From Eledone cirrhosa (Eukaryota), in NCBI GenBank assembly GCA_964016885.1, contig OZ024752.1:9052001-9116000 (forward strand): a stretch of DNA of 64,000 nucleotides, given 5' to 3'. The notes under the pieces were generated by a model. That model worked only from the letters and a program-made list of their open reading frames with translations. It did no database searches and was not told where the DNA came from. Below are positions 35,642-49,164 of this stretch, in pieces. Numbering within the stretch: the stretch's first letter is position 1; every line of letters starts with the position of its first letter. Position numbers and translations under genes: made by a program.

Positions 35642-36670
35642 TGAATTTATAGGGTTGCTTCGCCTCCTTTACATCTAGAGTTCTTGCGTGTTGCACGTTT
35701 TTCACCTCGTGACCGTGGAAATGTCTACCCGGATTGGTTAAACAATTTACGTCAAATCTAAAAGTCTTGTCAGCACATGTATTTATGGAGGCGTTATAAT
35801 TGCAAGTTTGCAAAACTTGCGGATGACATAATTGATCAAAATCTAAATCGAGCGTGAGAAAGTATTCAATTTCTAGCTGATACAGCAAAATTTGTTGAGA
35901 GTTGTTCCCGTTAACTTTGATTGGTACATTTATAAGTACCATCTCCGGGGGGTCCTTTGACGTGTAAAGCACGTTGTTGATAAGTGTACGATCTGCTACT
36001 GTGTATATCCCGCTTGCTGCTTCTGATCCTTCTTGGTCGGCTATTTTTCTCATTGGTTGATAGTTTGCCGCGTATTCGTTATGTTCTGCTAGATGCATAT
36101 TTTCCATCCACCCATATCTAGTGATTATTCTAGGTTTATTCCAATCTAACCATTTGGCGCCTCCTTCGTGCCAAAGAATGGTGCTGAGCATAGATTTATG
36201 CAACCATCTTGTTTAACGAGTGATCCTTCTCCAGCATGATGATTTTGCGACCATTTACCGTTATTTAAAATTGCTCCGTGTTGTATTACGTTTCCATCCC
36301 ATTCAGTATTTGTTAGTGGATGCGTCAATAGAGAATGATTTCTCCATCTATGCACGAATGTGTCACCTTGTCTCATTTCTTTTACTTCGGGCATATTACG
36401 CCAGTCATGTAGTTTGTACATTTCTATTGTTGATTTGTTATCTTTCGAAAACACTGCTCCATAATCTATTATTTGCCATGTACCAATATTCGTAATTTGG
36501 TAATAATAATTGTTTCATGTCCGTTGGATGAGTCATATTGAAACCGTCATTTGGGATTGAAGTAATGCCCCGTAGATTCTTATATCCAATATATTTTCCT
36601 CTATCAACGTAGATTTGAAAATAAGGCAAAGGATTATTTATGAATTGATCTTCTCCATTTTTAACTATCC
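35634..36670 (-). pseudogene. Lineage-B capsid VP fragment (another variant), frameshifted
   Basis: PYFQIYVDRGKYIGY, KLHDW..VKE..QGDTFVH, YTVADRTLINNVLYTS, NPGRHFHGH all match 27096-28627. Confidence 0.88.
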
Positions 36671-38499
36671 CAAACAGCGTCGAATGCGGAAATCAATCCC
36701 GACCATTGATTTCACTTGCAGAAGAGGTGCCAAAATTGTTTTGAACCCCTGACATTTGCCATCATCATTGAGAGGTTGCCTTCAAGACCTTTTTCATTAT
36801 TTTGTATTTTTTGGTTGAATTCTGCCAAAGTAATTTTTCCTGATTTCATTGACTTCATAAAGGCAAAAATTCCAGCATACAAACCTCTTTTGTCAGCTTT
36901 GTCAACATTGTAGAAAAGATATTGGATGTTTCTTCTAAATCTAGGGTCAGAATGCCTAAGTCTGTTTCTGACAAACATATGAGGCTTGACATTTCCAAAT
37001 TGTCTATCTTGAAACATTCCATTTTTCCCTGTAGGAAACAAAATGGGAAAGTACATCATATCCAATTTTGGATTGTTATCTTTCATTAAATCTCCTTCCG
37101 ATTTATTCATTTTGAAAATCTGAATGTCTTTTTCATTTGGTAAAGATGGATACATTTTTTGAACTGTGTGATGCTCATAGAATGTTTCAGCATCTTTCTT
37201 GGTCAAATGAGTCAACAAATGATCAGAATCTTTTGTGCAGTTCTGTCCAATACACAAAACAATGTCATTGAGATCATTTGTTGTGTCAATTTCAATGTCT
37301 TTGTAAATTTCATTGTTTTCTTTAAGCCAATAAAGTGCATCCAAAACATTTTGCATATTTACTAATGATTTCCAAATTATTTTATTTTTAGTTGGCAATG
37401 AGTCAACAACAATTTCCAAAGAATTGTGTTCTTTTGATGGTAAAGTGTCCATAACATGATTACTGGTATTTTCCATAGGAATTGGCAAATGAGTTGCTCT
37501 CCCTTTGATAGCAGGCAACATTTGGGAGAATGGTCCTTTGAATTTTTGAGGAACAAGCTTTATCACATTAATAAAGCATTTGCCTCTTTGTATCAAAATT
37601 TTTTCATAAATATTCAATTTTGCTAATTCCTTGGGAATTTTTTCAACTTCAAGACCATTGATTGAAGCCAGTAAAGGAATTGTTCCTATTTTCAAATAAG
37701 ATCGGCAATTGAGACACATAGTACATGGCAAAGTATAATTTTCTTTAATGATTTCAGGAACTTTTTCATCCGATTCAGTCAATTTTTTCAAATCACTGTC
37801 ATATTCTCTTTGTTTGCAAATGTCATAGGCATGAGTTTTTTTATTAAAATTTTTAATAAGATGAGAAAATCTGTTGACAATGTTGGGTTCAGAATGGTCA
37901 ACTTCATTTTCTCTTTCAAGCAAACCTCCAATAATTTCAGAACTGGTTTGATTAATTGTGTGTTTGTCCATCAATTTTTTTAAAAAGGCCAGTTTCCTTC
38001 CAAAATAGCAATATCATACAAATGCAGCCAAATGCATACAGCTCTTAATTTGTACACATGATTAACTAATGTTCCCACACCTTATTTGCGAGAGCCGTTG
38101 CTGTTCTTTTATCAGAGTGTTTAACCCTTTAGCATTCACATTGAATTGTCAAATGTCATGTTCATCTATTCGCATTATTTTCACTTATACTCAAGAGGGT
38201 TATCAATTTTATTTGTTTGTAATTACTTTAATTTTCTATGTGCAGACTTGAAATTTTGTCAGTAGATGTTTAAAGAACTATAATTTACAATTATATATTT
38301 TTACCTGATTTTTTTTTGTTAAATTTGACTTTTATGGGCAGGTGAAATTAATTAACAGGTGTAAAAGTAATAACTTTATGGATAAACACAAACATTTAAA
38401 CTTTATCTGCCTTACCTGTTAGATTTGTTGCAAAAAAATCCAATAAAGATAAGTTTATTAGAAGATAGATTAGAAATTCTTTTTTCAACATTTCTGACT

Positions 38500-39790
38500 A
38501 TAGCAGTCAACTCTCCTTCAACAAAGTTTACTAAGTTTTCCACATCTTGCGCATCCACTTCCAACCGCAACTTTTGAGCAAGACCAACAATTTTATTACT
38601 TATCACTTCTAAATCTGAATTGTTATCAAAACCTTCAAAATTATTAACACACCTTTTCAAGCACTTTTTCCATACACCTTTAATACATTTTTCACTCACG
38701 TCCCGCCAAGCTCCGTCGATGTTCTTGATACAGTTGACAATATTAAAATCTTTCCAAAATTCACGAAGATCCATTATGTCATCCTCCGTTGCTGTTACTG
38801 CCTGTGCAAAAGTAGTTCGTAAATAATACGCCTTGAAAGTAGATATCACCCCCTGGTCCATTGGTTGAAGAATTGATGTCGTATTTTGGGGCAGATACAC
38901 TACTTTAACATTAGGATGCAGGTCATCAATATGTTGGGGGTGGCCTGGGGCATTATCGAGAAGTAGAATCTTGAAAGGAATGTTGTTTTCAAGGCAGTAT
39001 TCCCTGGCTGCAGGTATAAAGCAGTTGATGAACCAGTCCTCGAACAAAGATTGCGTCATCCATACCTTGTTGTTTGCCCGATAAAACACTGGCAGCATGT
39101 GTTTGTTCACGTTCTTTAATGCATGTGGGGTTTGGGAGCGATAAATGAAAAATGGTTTCAACATTTCTGCCTAAAAGCAAGGTCACTCGATCCTTGAATA
39201 CCTTGAAGCCGGGCATGCTTTTAGCCTCTTTGTGAAGATACGTTCTTTCAGGCATTTTTTTCCAAAAGAGGCCAGTTTCGTCGACACTGAAAATTTGTTC
39301 CGGGCGATAGTCTCCTTTCTCAATAATCTTGTCTAAAACATTGAGATATGTTTTTGCTGCTTCACCAGTAATACGACGGTTGTGCAAATTAAATCGACGA
39401 CGAAATTGCTGGAACTAACCGTGGCTTGCCGTAAACGTTTCAGTACACTCAGCTCCCTCACGTGACCTGAGTTTCTCGAAGATGCTGCGCGCCTTGATTT
39501 GAATAATATGAAGACTCATTGGCATTCGTTTGGCTATTTGCTCATCAAACCACATGGCCAACAATTTCTCCATTTCATGTTTCAGGCCTTGTCGCTGTCT
39601 TGTTATCAAAGCATTGTATCCCGTTGTGTTCTTGGCCGTCTCCTTCACTTGTTCTTTGTCCTTGAGGATGGTAGATATAGTAGAACTTGCCAAGTTCATT
39701 CTAGCAGCAATTGCGTTCACTTTACCTCCTTCTTCATATTGTTTGATGATCTTCAGCTTTGTTTCTATATCGATGGATTTCCTTGACTTC
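38500..39790 (-). mobile_element. Tigger/pogo transposase (CENP-B HTH plus DDE_1), decayed
   Basis: RKSIDIETKLKII HTH, FTASHG, QIFSVDETGLFWKKMP, LLLDNAPGHP, TTSILQPMDQGVI. Confidence 0.88.
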
Positions 39791-40620
39791 CATATACATA
39801 TTGCCATGATGTCTTCGGGCTAGGTGTAGATAATCGTCCGCCATATTGTTTTTGTACTCCTGCCAGAGTAGATGGGCTTCATCAATTCCACATGCTGTGA
39901 GCATAATAGCAAATAATCGTCTTATTTGACTGGCTACTTGAGTGATTGCTGCTTCTTCTAGGCACTTCTTCCAGTATCCATTGTCATGCAGGAGTCCATG
40001 CTGTTTTACATGCTTCTTGGTATGTTGTGCACTCGCTTCCTCTGAAGCACCTAAGATCCTCAAATGTCGTTGGTCCTCGAACAGTATGCAGAAGTAGCTG
40101 TAAATAAAAACATTCTCTGTTGTTGGGATGGACATTGTAAACACGGCCAATAGCATCACTTGACTTGACTTCATGACCTTCCACTAAATGACCCTGCTTT
40201 CTTCGATTCCAGGTCTTGCAATTGGTCCAGGTATAGTATGTTGGGACTTCAGCATATAGGAGGGATCGAGCAAATTCATCATTCTGGCAGAGTTTAAAGA
40301 AAGCAGTTAGTGTAGTGTCATGTGATGCTTGTGCCAGTTGATGAGCAGTGATCTCAGTGAAGTACACTCTCTGTCCATTTTCCAGACGGACTGCAAGGTT
40401 GACCACTGTTGGGTGGCGTTGGTGGATATCAAATCCAAAGATTCGCGTGATAGCTTCATTGCTGGAGATGTATCGAGCTGTTTGATACCGTTTGACCTCA
40501 TCCAGCCCACCATCATTGAGTTCTCTGTCAGTAATAAAGGTAGCCATGTCACTACCCTTGTTGATATATTTTATGACATATAGGATTGCCTTGACGGAGC
40601 TGCAATACTCAACATTTCCA
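39790..40620 (-). mobile_element. Canonical Helitron Rep-helicase internal fragment
   Basis: NVEYCSSVKAILYVIKYINKGSD, RYISSNEA, LENGQRVYF, IGRVYNVHP..ECFYL..LL..VRGPT.FEDL. Confidence 0.85.
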
Positions 40621-40703
40621 TGCATTTTTTTGTTTAGCTTTGGCCTTCTAAGTTCTATTTCACTTGCCTATCTGCTGGGTCATTTCTATGTTTAGATATT
40701 ATT

Positions 40704-42870
40704 TTAATATGTTTGGGTGTTGTTGTTATTCCATTCATTCTTTCTGTTTAGCCTTGGTCTTCTAATTTCTATTTCACTGGCCTCTTCATTTCTATGTTTA
40801 GATATTATTCTAATTTCTATGTTGTCTATGTTACCGTCATGTTGTTGTCTGGCATGTTCGTATAGTACTGAACTGATTTTTCGTCTTTTTAGTTCCCCCC
40901 AGTGTTGGTCTATCGTTTCACTTATGCTACGTGCTGTCTCGCCTATGTATGTTGTTGTCATGTACCCTCTGTACATCTTATGCTATAGACTGCGTTTCTA
41001 ATTTTACAGTTTATCCGGGGATTTACTTTACATATAATACATTTCCTACTAGTACAGTGGGTTTTCTTAAAAGGGTATGTTTTGCTGATCAGAGATTTTA
41101 TGGTAGTTCCTGGCTTTTCTACCACTTTAATCTTTAAGTGGGTCTTTCTCAGGGCCTTTCTACAATGGTTAGCTAATTTCCCTCCAGGGGTAGCGTCCAC
41201 GAAGATGACACTCTGGTATCTGTTTGTCGTACCATGAGGTGGCTTTCCCTATCTTATGTGTAGTCCTATCTAAGCTATTCCATGATTTGCTCCTGTATAA
41301 TGGGCAAATTCCTTTCATGTCCAGTTCTATAAGGGTCTTATACTTCTCCGTGGCTCCTTCGTATACTCTGATTCTGTCTCTTTGGTTGTAGCCAGAGAAC
41401 TGCATGCGGATGATGAAGTGTTGGATGTGTCTTTCCATTTCTGTTGGGTCTCACATGCGGGACACGTTCTTCATCACTCGTACCAAGTCTGCGATCAGAA
41501 TATTAAACTTAGCACTACTGGACATTGCCGAGTTTTTGAGTATCAGGTATTTGGAGGCCATGGGTTTAGCATAGTGTGAGTGGAGAATTTGGGCCCTCTC
41601 CTCTATAGTGTTAATCCAGAGTTCCGTGTCTAACACAAGTTGTCTACTGTTAGGGTGTTTGGAAGGATATTCGATAGTTACAGTTATACTCTGGTGTATA
41701 GAATTAGCTATCTGCTGGATGCTTTCCATTGTGACCTTTAGGGTAGTTTTAATACTAGCCCCTATTGCATGCGCGACCATTTTTCTAAATGCTACATTCT
41801 CCTTTCCCACCATACCATAAAAAGGTTGGCAACGTCACCAGCTATGCAGACGCCAATAGCTGCTCCCTCATTTTGGGTGTAGATCTTCTCGTTGAACTTG
41901 AATATGTGGCCCTTTAAGGTAGTTTTAATACTAGCCTCTATTGCATGTGCGACCATTTTTCTTACCTGATCATTATTTTGGGGGTCCGTATAGCTTTGGT
42001 CCACCCAATCCACCTTCCTATGGGAGTCTTTTTTGCCATTGAGGTTATGGTGGAGGTCTACCTCTTATGGGTCTACTGGGGCAGAAATGGCTAAGGTCAT
42101 GGCTGTCTAGGTAGTCGGTGTCATAGGTCAGACTAAGTAGGAGGCCCAGTTCATCTGTGTCGACGTCGCAGAATTCCACCTCACTCACTGATCATCTCCA
42201 CACATTTTTCCACAGCAAAATCAATGTTAATGGATGGGTAAAGTTATACCACGTCTATACTGCCTATTATGCAGTTAGATAGTTTTTTTTTTTGTTGCAT
42301 TCATTGAATCTGCTGAGGAGGTCCTCTGTACTGTCACATACATCTGGGGACATCTAGTTATGGGGTGTATAACCATTGAGAGGAAGTAGGAGATCCTGTA
42401 GTTGCTAGCGATATTGGCTCCGCATACAGGCTTTGTTGGTGGTCCTGTTGTCGGGTCGTCGACTGTCTTATGATCTTTGCGGAGCCCATACAAGGGTGGT
42501 ATGTCATTGTTAGACGCCTGGAAGTTGTTGTCTGCTTGGCTTTAGGATGTCGGTCCATATCATCATGTGAGCGTTAAGGATCTTCTCTCTCCCCCTCATG
42601 TGTTTGTTGTGTAATTTCGCTCGTGTTGGTGATGTGGGGTTACATAGCCTTGATGTAGTTCGGCATGCTGTCTAATGACATCCTACCAGACTTATCCGTG
42701 GATAGACATACTACCTCACCATCCCTTGTGCGCTGCTTGAGGCTAACTAAGCCTTCTACAGGTTTCCTTCCAAGTTGTTGGACCTCTGGTCTGCTTTGTC
42801 TCTTAGTATATCGGTCTACTATTTGTCTAATCTTATTTCTAGCTATGGTGAACTGTGCCTATGTCTCTTC
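40704..42870 (-). mobile_element. Penelope-like retroelement (RT plus GIY-YIG), heavily frameshifted
   Basis: MYGLRKDHK, YTQNEGAAIG..AGDVANLFM, VLDTELW, YIGETARS...LNRKNEW. Confidence 0.8.
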
Positions 42871-42899
42871 ATCTATTTGTTGTGGTATACAAACCCTTT

Positions 42900-43110
42900 T
42901 ATTAAAGGGTAACCTCGTAGGATAGTAATCCGGTCTCTGTAGGCTTTGCACGCCGGGAAAGATGCGTTCAGCTTCCAGTAACCAGGCCCTTGTCTATGAA
43001 GTCTGTCTATGTCGATCTCACAGATCACAAATTTGTGGCCTGTGTAGTCGACTATTTTAAATTGTGGACAATTTATACTAGCCTTATCTAGTTCTCTGCA
43101 GAATACCCTT
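42900..43110 (-). mobile_element. L1/Tx1 APE endonuclease end fragment, fused to a Penelope GIY-YIG tail (43110-43205)
   Basis: YTGHKFV...GPGYWKLNAS; adjacent LLNRKSEIFSSCPH. Confidence 0.6.
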
Positions 43111-44257
43111 TTAGGTCTATAATAGAAGAAAGAATTAGAAATGGCATGGGGGCATGAAGAAAATATCTCAGACTTTCTATTAAGCAAAACTTCCCTAGAG
43201 AAAGCAAGCAAATACAGTTGGGTTATGCGGGTTAATATGCATACTCAACAGCGCATACAAAAGATATATAAAAAATAGCTTCAAGAGTCAATATCATGAA
43301 ATCACCGCATTGGGACATCTCAAGATTATACACACCAATATGTTCTGCACGTATATGCATATATACACACCACATGCATATGCAGAGACGGTATACATAT
43401 ATATATATTTTTATATACAGACATATACAACCACCTACACCCATACACATATAAATGTATACACAGACACACACGCACACACACACAGCGTAGGACACCC
43501 GGGTCAAAGCGGATATAATACACAGAAATACCACATTAGGCAAAACCCACCACCACGGATAATACATTCAAAATAAATACATACGAGGAGATGCAGTAAA
43601 ATAAATCAAATTGAATTCCTACGAAGATAATCATGTCCGCATGTGTCATTGCCCGATTCAAGTGTAAACAGACCGTTAGTAACTACGGAGGGCTATCGGG
43701 GCCAAAACGTTACTTTTGGGATAATAACAACGACCGTCAATATATGGAAGGCCGATCGTGCTAGAAAGACTACAACACCGGGCAAGAGCTCCCAGAAGTC
43801 AGCCTGTAGATCTTAAACCACAGAATAGGAGGGCAACACGTACATGTGCCACGTAGCTACTGCTTACGGCGAGATGGCACAAGTCCGCCCACAGTTACAG
43901 GCTAGATTTCTATTTGTGCAGCCTATATCACAGTACACGCTCTACATAGATACATTACATCACAACTCATGCGCATACAGAGGTACAGATCCGCAAGATA
44001 CACGTCGGGATAGACCCACCAATGCACCAATGGTGGGTAGGCGAGCGTGGATGGGTTACATCCGCTGTGCCAAACAGGGATGCTTATTAACATACACACC
44101 CACTCACCTGTACACCCCAATATCCAGATCAATATTCTCCCGCGGGCATACGTATACACTCACAGACTCATATACATAGAAGACAAACAATAGGAAACAG
44201 TTACACACAATAAGAGACAGTTACACAAGATAGCCCAACTGGAGAATTAAGGAAGTG

Positions 44258-44700
44258 CTAGCTAATAGGTTTAAAGTAGAAGAAAGAGCTTAATATTCGG
44301 TGGGGGCAAGAGGAAAATATTTCTGACTTTCTGTTTAGTAGAGGGCATTTAGCAAATATAATAGAGTGGGATTCGGCAAGGCATAGGTTACATACTCTAT
44401 TATGAGGAGTATATGGATGGGATTTAGCAACCTGCCGCCAAGTGAGTGTGTAATGTGTTCGTGCATTTTTTAAATTCTGGACGTACGCTGCCAAGGAGGT
44501 GGAGTTCCTCAGTTTATTGTGTCTAAAAGTGCACTGGTGAGAGTTAAACCTGGTCTTAAAGGGGGTGGAGGTTGATCCTATATAGGTTTTAGTGGACGCC
44601 GTAGTTACCACATCACATGCGTAAACTATGTTTCTAATAAGGCAGAAACCATTCAGGGGGCAGCCTGAAGCCCTTCTACAGTTACAATTTCTGGTGATGC
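44258..44700 (-). mobile_element. Penelope GIY-YIG fragment
   Basis: CNCRRASGCPLNGFCL..TYIGSTSTPFKTRFNSH..CNLCLAE; paralogous to 14325-14765. Confidence 0.8.
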
Positions 44701-44974
44701 TATTCTCAGAATGATCACCAGCTTGCTGACCACATGTGTCCCGGCCCCCTCTGTACATATATATATTTAAGTACATATATATATTTAAAAAAAAATTTTT
44801 TTTCCTTCAACGTCTGTCCCCTTGTGTTGCTTCAACTGGCAAGCCAAATCATATGCCGCCTGGACTGCCATTTCTTCCGTAGATGAATCATCTTGTGTTA
44901 GGGACATTGTTTGTAGTGAATAGTGAGAAGGTTGTGTGTCCGTTCCATCATGTCAAAGTCACCAGTTGTAACAG

Positions 44975-45900
44975 ATATATTTCTTTATTAGCCACAGCGG
45001 CGCACAAGAAAAGGGGACAAAAAGACATGCCGGGGATTTTACATACAATCGTGTAAAAATATGAAACAAACAAATATAACAATCGAAATCCCCAATAGGG
45101 AGGAGGCGCCACAAATGGGTTGTTTAATACCCCGATAGGACAACCCTCAACTTCAGGAGCGTGTTGTGCAAGTGCTCCTTTCTTCCTTTTGCTCTCTTCT
45201 TCAACCTACAGGTTTATATACAGAGAAGGGCCATTTGGGCCATTTTTGCCACATTCACCCACCTTTCAGTAAATTTACTGGGGTGCAGTGTCTCTCTCTC
45301 CACTTGAGTCTCCTTCTAAAGTGGTATCTAAAGAAGGCAATGAGAGTTGTTGTCCGGAGCGAAAGGCATCTGTCCTCAGTCCTCTCAACCTCGTCCATCA
45401 TATAACCTCTTTCACCATAGCCACTAGACAGAGGAAAACCGCCTCTTTCGTTTTTGAAAGAAGTTGACGGTTTGATCCTTACTATGGACTCGACAGTCAA
45501 CTGGATTTGTCCCATACGCGACAGCAGTTGTTCCACAGGTCGGTTACGCCCGGGCAGTGTACAATTGCATGCAGCACGGTTTCAATGTCCTGCCCGCATC
45601 TTGGACACGTCCTCTTGGAAGGATCCCTGCCGGAGCGTCCGTGCCTGTAGATCTTGTCACAAACTGGTAGAGGTCCTCAGTAGCACCGCCAGGCCAGGGA
45701 CCTCTGGAAGTTGACCATAGGTCCCGGGCGGAAAGTCCTACCAAACAGACTGGTGAGTTTGTCGTCTTCGACGCCTAGAATCTCTCTGTGCACGTCGTCG
45801 TCCTTGTGACGTACTAACCCTCTATAGAATGTCGAAGAGGAGTTTCCACTGATTGCTGTGCCCGCTTGACAGAGGACTGTGAGCGCCTGAATGCATTCAA
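44975..45900 (-). mobile_element. L1/Tx1-like LINE ORF2 3' end and 3'UTR
   Basis: TTLIAFFRYHFRRRL..ER; 3'UTR homologous to 18950-19250, ending GCTAATAAAGAAA. Confidence 0.65.
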
Positions 45901-48185
45901 TGTGCTAGGCGCCCATCTTCGGTCTCCAAAATAAAACTTACTATGTGTGTGTGTGCGTATTAGTTTACGTTCTTGTCTTAGCAGTAGTAGTATTCAATCA
46001 GCCAGGCAGTAATGGCATGTGAGAAATTAGTGGACAGACTGGTTCTTCGTGAAGGGAGATTTGACAGCGTCAGTGAAAACCTCTCTTGTCTGTACTACCA
46101 CTCTTTTTCTGCTGGGCATAAAAAATCCTTGTATTTATAACCTCGTTGAAGTTAGAAGGATGGATATATAATCTGACCTGTATTTAGCATCTTCCAAGGG
46201 GTTGGGGTCACAGGTCAAATGGAATGTCATACATCATCGTTGACAGGACAAAGGTGAAAACTTCCAACTACGGCTTGTCCCAAAGGCGGGAAAGCTCAGA
46301 TTCGGTTTCGAATCTTCGCCGGTAAAATGTAGGAGTATTCCATTATAAGTTATAATAAATAATAAAAAAAATATTTTTAACTCCCTCCACACAAGTTTAA
46401 AAGATAACAATTATATAACCAATAATATTTTATATACTCTATAAAGATTAATTTATAACACTACTACAATAATAAAACAAACCCTTAATTTATCAACAAC
46501 CTTAATTACCTCCCTTTGTTATTAACCCCCTTTACAACTTCCTGTGTAAACTCAAAATTAAGCAACCTAACAGCTTAATAACGGTTTACCAACAGCTTAA
46601 TAACGGTTAATAGAAACCCTAGAAAAGATAATTTGTAGATAAAAAATGCATAAAATAATATACCTACTATAACAACATGGCCAGTAATTCGGTGGAATTT
46701 ACATTTAACAAACAAATACCTATTGACTATAAACGACTCAAAATAATCCCATGGTTAATAGCTGTGAGTTACAACCAACATATACACATACATACGAACT
46801 ACAGCACAAAAACACTTGAATGAAAATCACCTATCCAACTCTATCACGTGCTTTGCATTACACCTTACATAACAAATACCTACATTATCACCACATGCCT
46901 CTCTAACAAATTGCACACTATCTTAAACATTTATAACAATTATAACATGCTTTAACACCCCATACAAAATATGTTTATTTCAACTGCATTATAACTCTTT
47001 CCTCATACATGCCTTATTGACTGTATTGACTCCTGCATTGTACACCAATTTTCCTTGCTTATAACTTTTTTGCCTGTAATTTTTACTTATACCTATTACA
47101 CTTTCAATCAGCGCTGCCTGTAATTGTGTTCTCTCAAGCAGAACATCTTTTTAACTCCTGACTCTCCACATGATGTCTATGACACTAACAACAATTATGA
47201 ACCCTAAATGTTCTGAATGACTAGGATTTTAGTCACATGTTTTGATATTCCCTATGCTCCGATGATCCCGACTTCCCTCTGTCAGCTAATAAATGTTCTA
47301 AACTGAAATTGGATCGTTTTAACACTTTGTATCTCGGCTCTGTAAAACACTTGAAACTTTGCATTGAGCCTTTTGTCATACCGGTAATCGGCTAGTACTT
47401 AGTACTACCCTCCATATTTATAGTTGTATTAAACATATATAAATATAAATATTCTTATTACTAAATAAATATATATATTTTTTATAGATTTTTAATATAT
47501 AACTGATCTCTCAATCAATTTTTTATTTTTCTTAATGAACTCCCTTTGTACGTAAACCATTATCAACCTGTTAACACTATCTCAATCTTAAGGTTTTTTT
47601 TACAAGCTGATGTTTGGACTTTAACGTAACTCGGTGTATTACTTTGTTGAATGTCAACTAAGATAATATCTGAACACTGATTATGGCACCACAACAAGAA
47701 CACCGAGTTAAAGAAATACCTTATAGAAGAACATTAAAGAAAAGGGTCCTTATAACCCATACCTTTGGATTAAATGTTTGTTTTATATATATATTTATTT
47801 GAACTTTACAACTCTATACTTATTGCTTACACACTTCACAACTATAGATATTAACATTTTCTACATAAACCTCTTACATAAACATCTTTGCCCATAACTA
47901 ATTCATCATATAATGTTTATATAGCACATAAATGCATGTTATCACTACACATCTGTCTTAACTTAATGCATACTCTATGCTATTATTAACATTCTTTGTA
48001 TGATATTCTTGATATATTTACTTTTAAGTAATACTCTTTATAATACTTTTCAATATTTTACTATCTTTTCATTGTAATATTTTGTTCTTACTCTTCAATA
48101 TATTGTTACTGACACTATTAATTATAATGTATCTTAATGAATGTTCTAAAGATTAGGAATTTATTTATTTGTTTTAACATTGTAT

Positions 48186-48234
48186 ATGCTCTGATGATTC
48201 CAGACATTTGTCTGGAAGAAACGATCATCAGCAA
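48186..48234 (+). ncRNA. Type I hammerhead ribozyme-like motif (Penelope pLTR remnant, imperfect)
   Basis: TGCT-CTGATGA-ttccagac(attt)gtctggaa-GAAAC-gatc-ATC-AGCA; stem III closing pair mismatched. Confidence 0.55.
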
Positions 48235-49164
48235 TTAAATGCATTAAACAAAACAAAGATTTGATTGTTTTCTATGTTGTATTTCTGCTCTGTAATATGT
48301 CTGATATTTTACATTGAGCTAATTTTCTTACTGGTAATTGGTAATACAAAATATTACCCTTATCTTATTTATCATTGTATATATATATAAGTATAAATAT
48401 TATTATTATTATTATTATTATATATATCAATCTGTATGTGGTTGACGGCTAAGAGAAAGGAGATCTCAATACCAAAGTAGAGTTTTGATATTCAATAAAA
48501 TAAAGGCTAAAAAATGAGTCAGGTTTTCATTTCATTTTACATTTCTTTTTCCTCTTTATCCCTTTCTTCCTACAACGATGATGATTTTGTTATCCAGAGA
48601 TTTATCCAGCCACATTGTAGAAGCTTCCAAAAATGACTATTTTTCATATTCCGCAAAGCTTCAAGCAAACTTCAACACTCTAATTCATATAGAGACAGGG
48701 GTCTCATTTGCCTTAAAAATGTGAGGGGGACAAACCAACATTTGTTGATTCTTAAAGGAGCTTAAATTACTTATGGTGCCTTTCTTAGACCCAATCAAAT
48801 AAGTAACATTTTATGCTAATTATATTTGATATGTTCAAATGAAGTTCAGATATAACAAAAATAGCTTAAAAAGAATTTATTCTATCAAATAAACAAAAAA
48901 TAAAATATAGACGTTTGAAAAATTGGGGAGGACTTGTTCCCTGGTACCTCCCTGAAACAAGGCCCTTGTATATATATAATTATGTATGTATAATTATGTG
49001 TATATGTATATAGGAAGTGTAACTTGGAGTTACTGCAGGTTCACCCGGGTGAGCACTCGATATTTAGGTTCACTTCTGTGTTGAGGTGTAGAGCTATACA
49101 GAGGGTAGTATAGTGAAAGGATAACAAGGACGATTGATTACTCCTTCATTACGTTTATTGGTTG

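Larger units (their letters stand above)
16440..38100 (-). mobile_element. Helentron-type Helitron 'B', split into 4 collinear pieces (~36712-38100, ~33850-34393, ~18755-18935, ~16440-16610) by nested insertions
   Basis: Pieces align in order to Helitron A: ...MMANVRGSKQFW | CYYHNILMLFKPWR...SGVGGTGKSFLIDTLSDKITLM | LSNGTPVIICGPTGMSAF...LRRV | IDEISMVSHLML. Confidence 0.75.
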
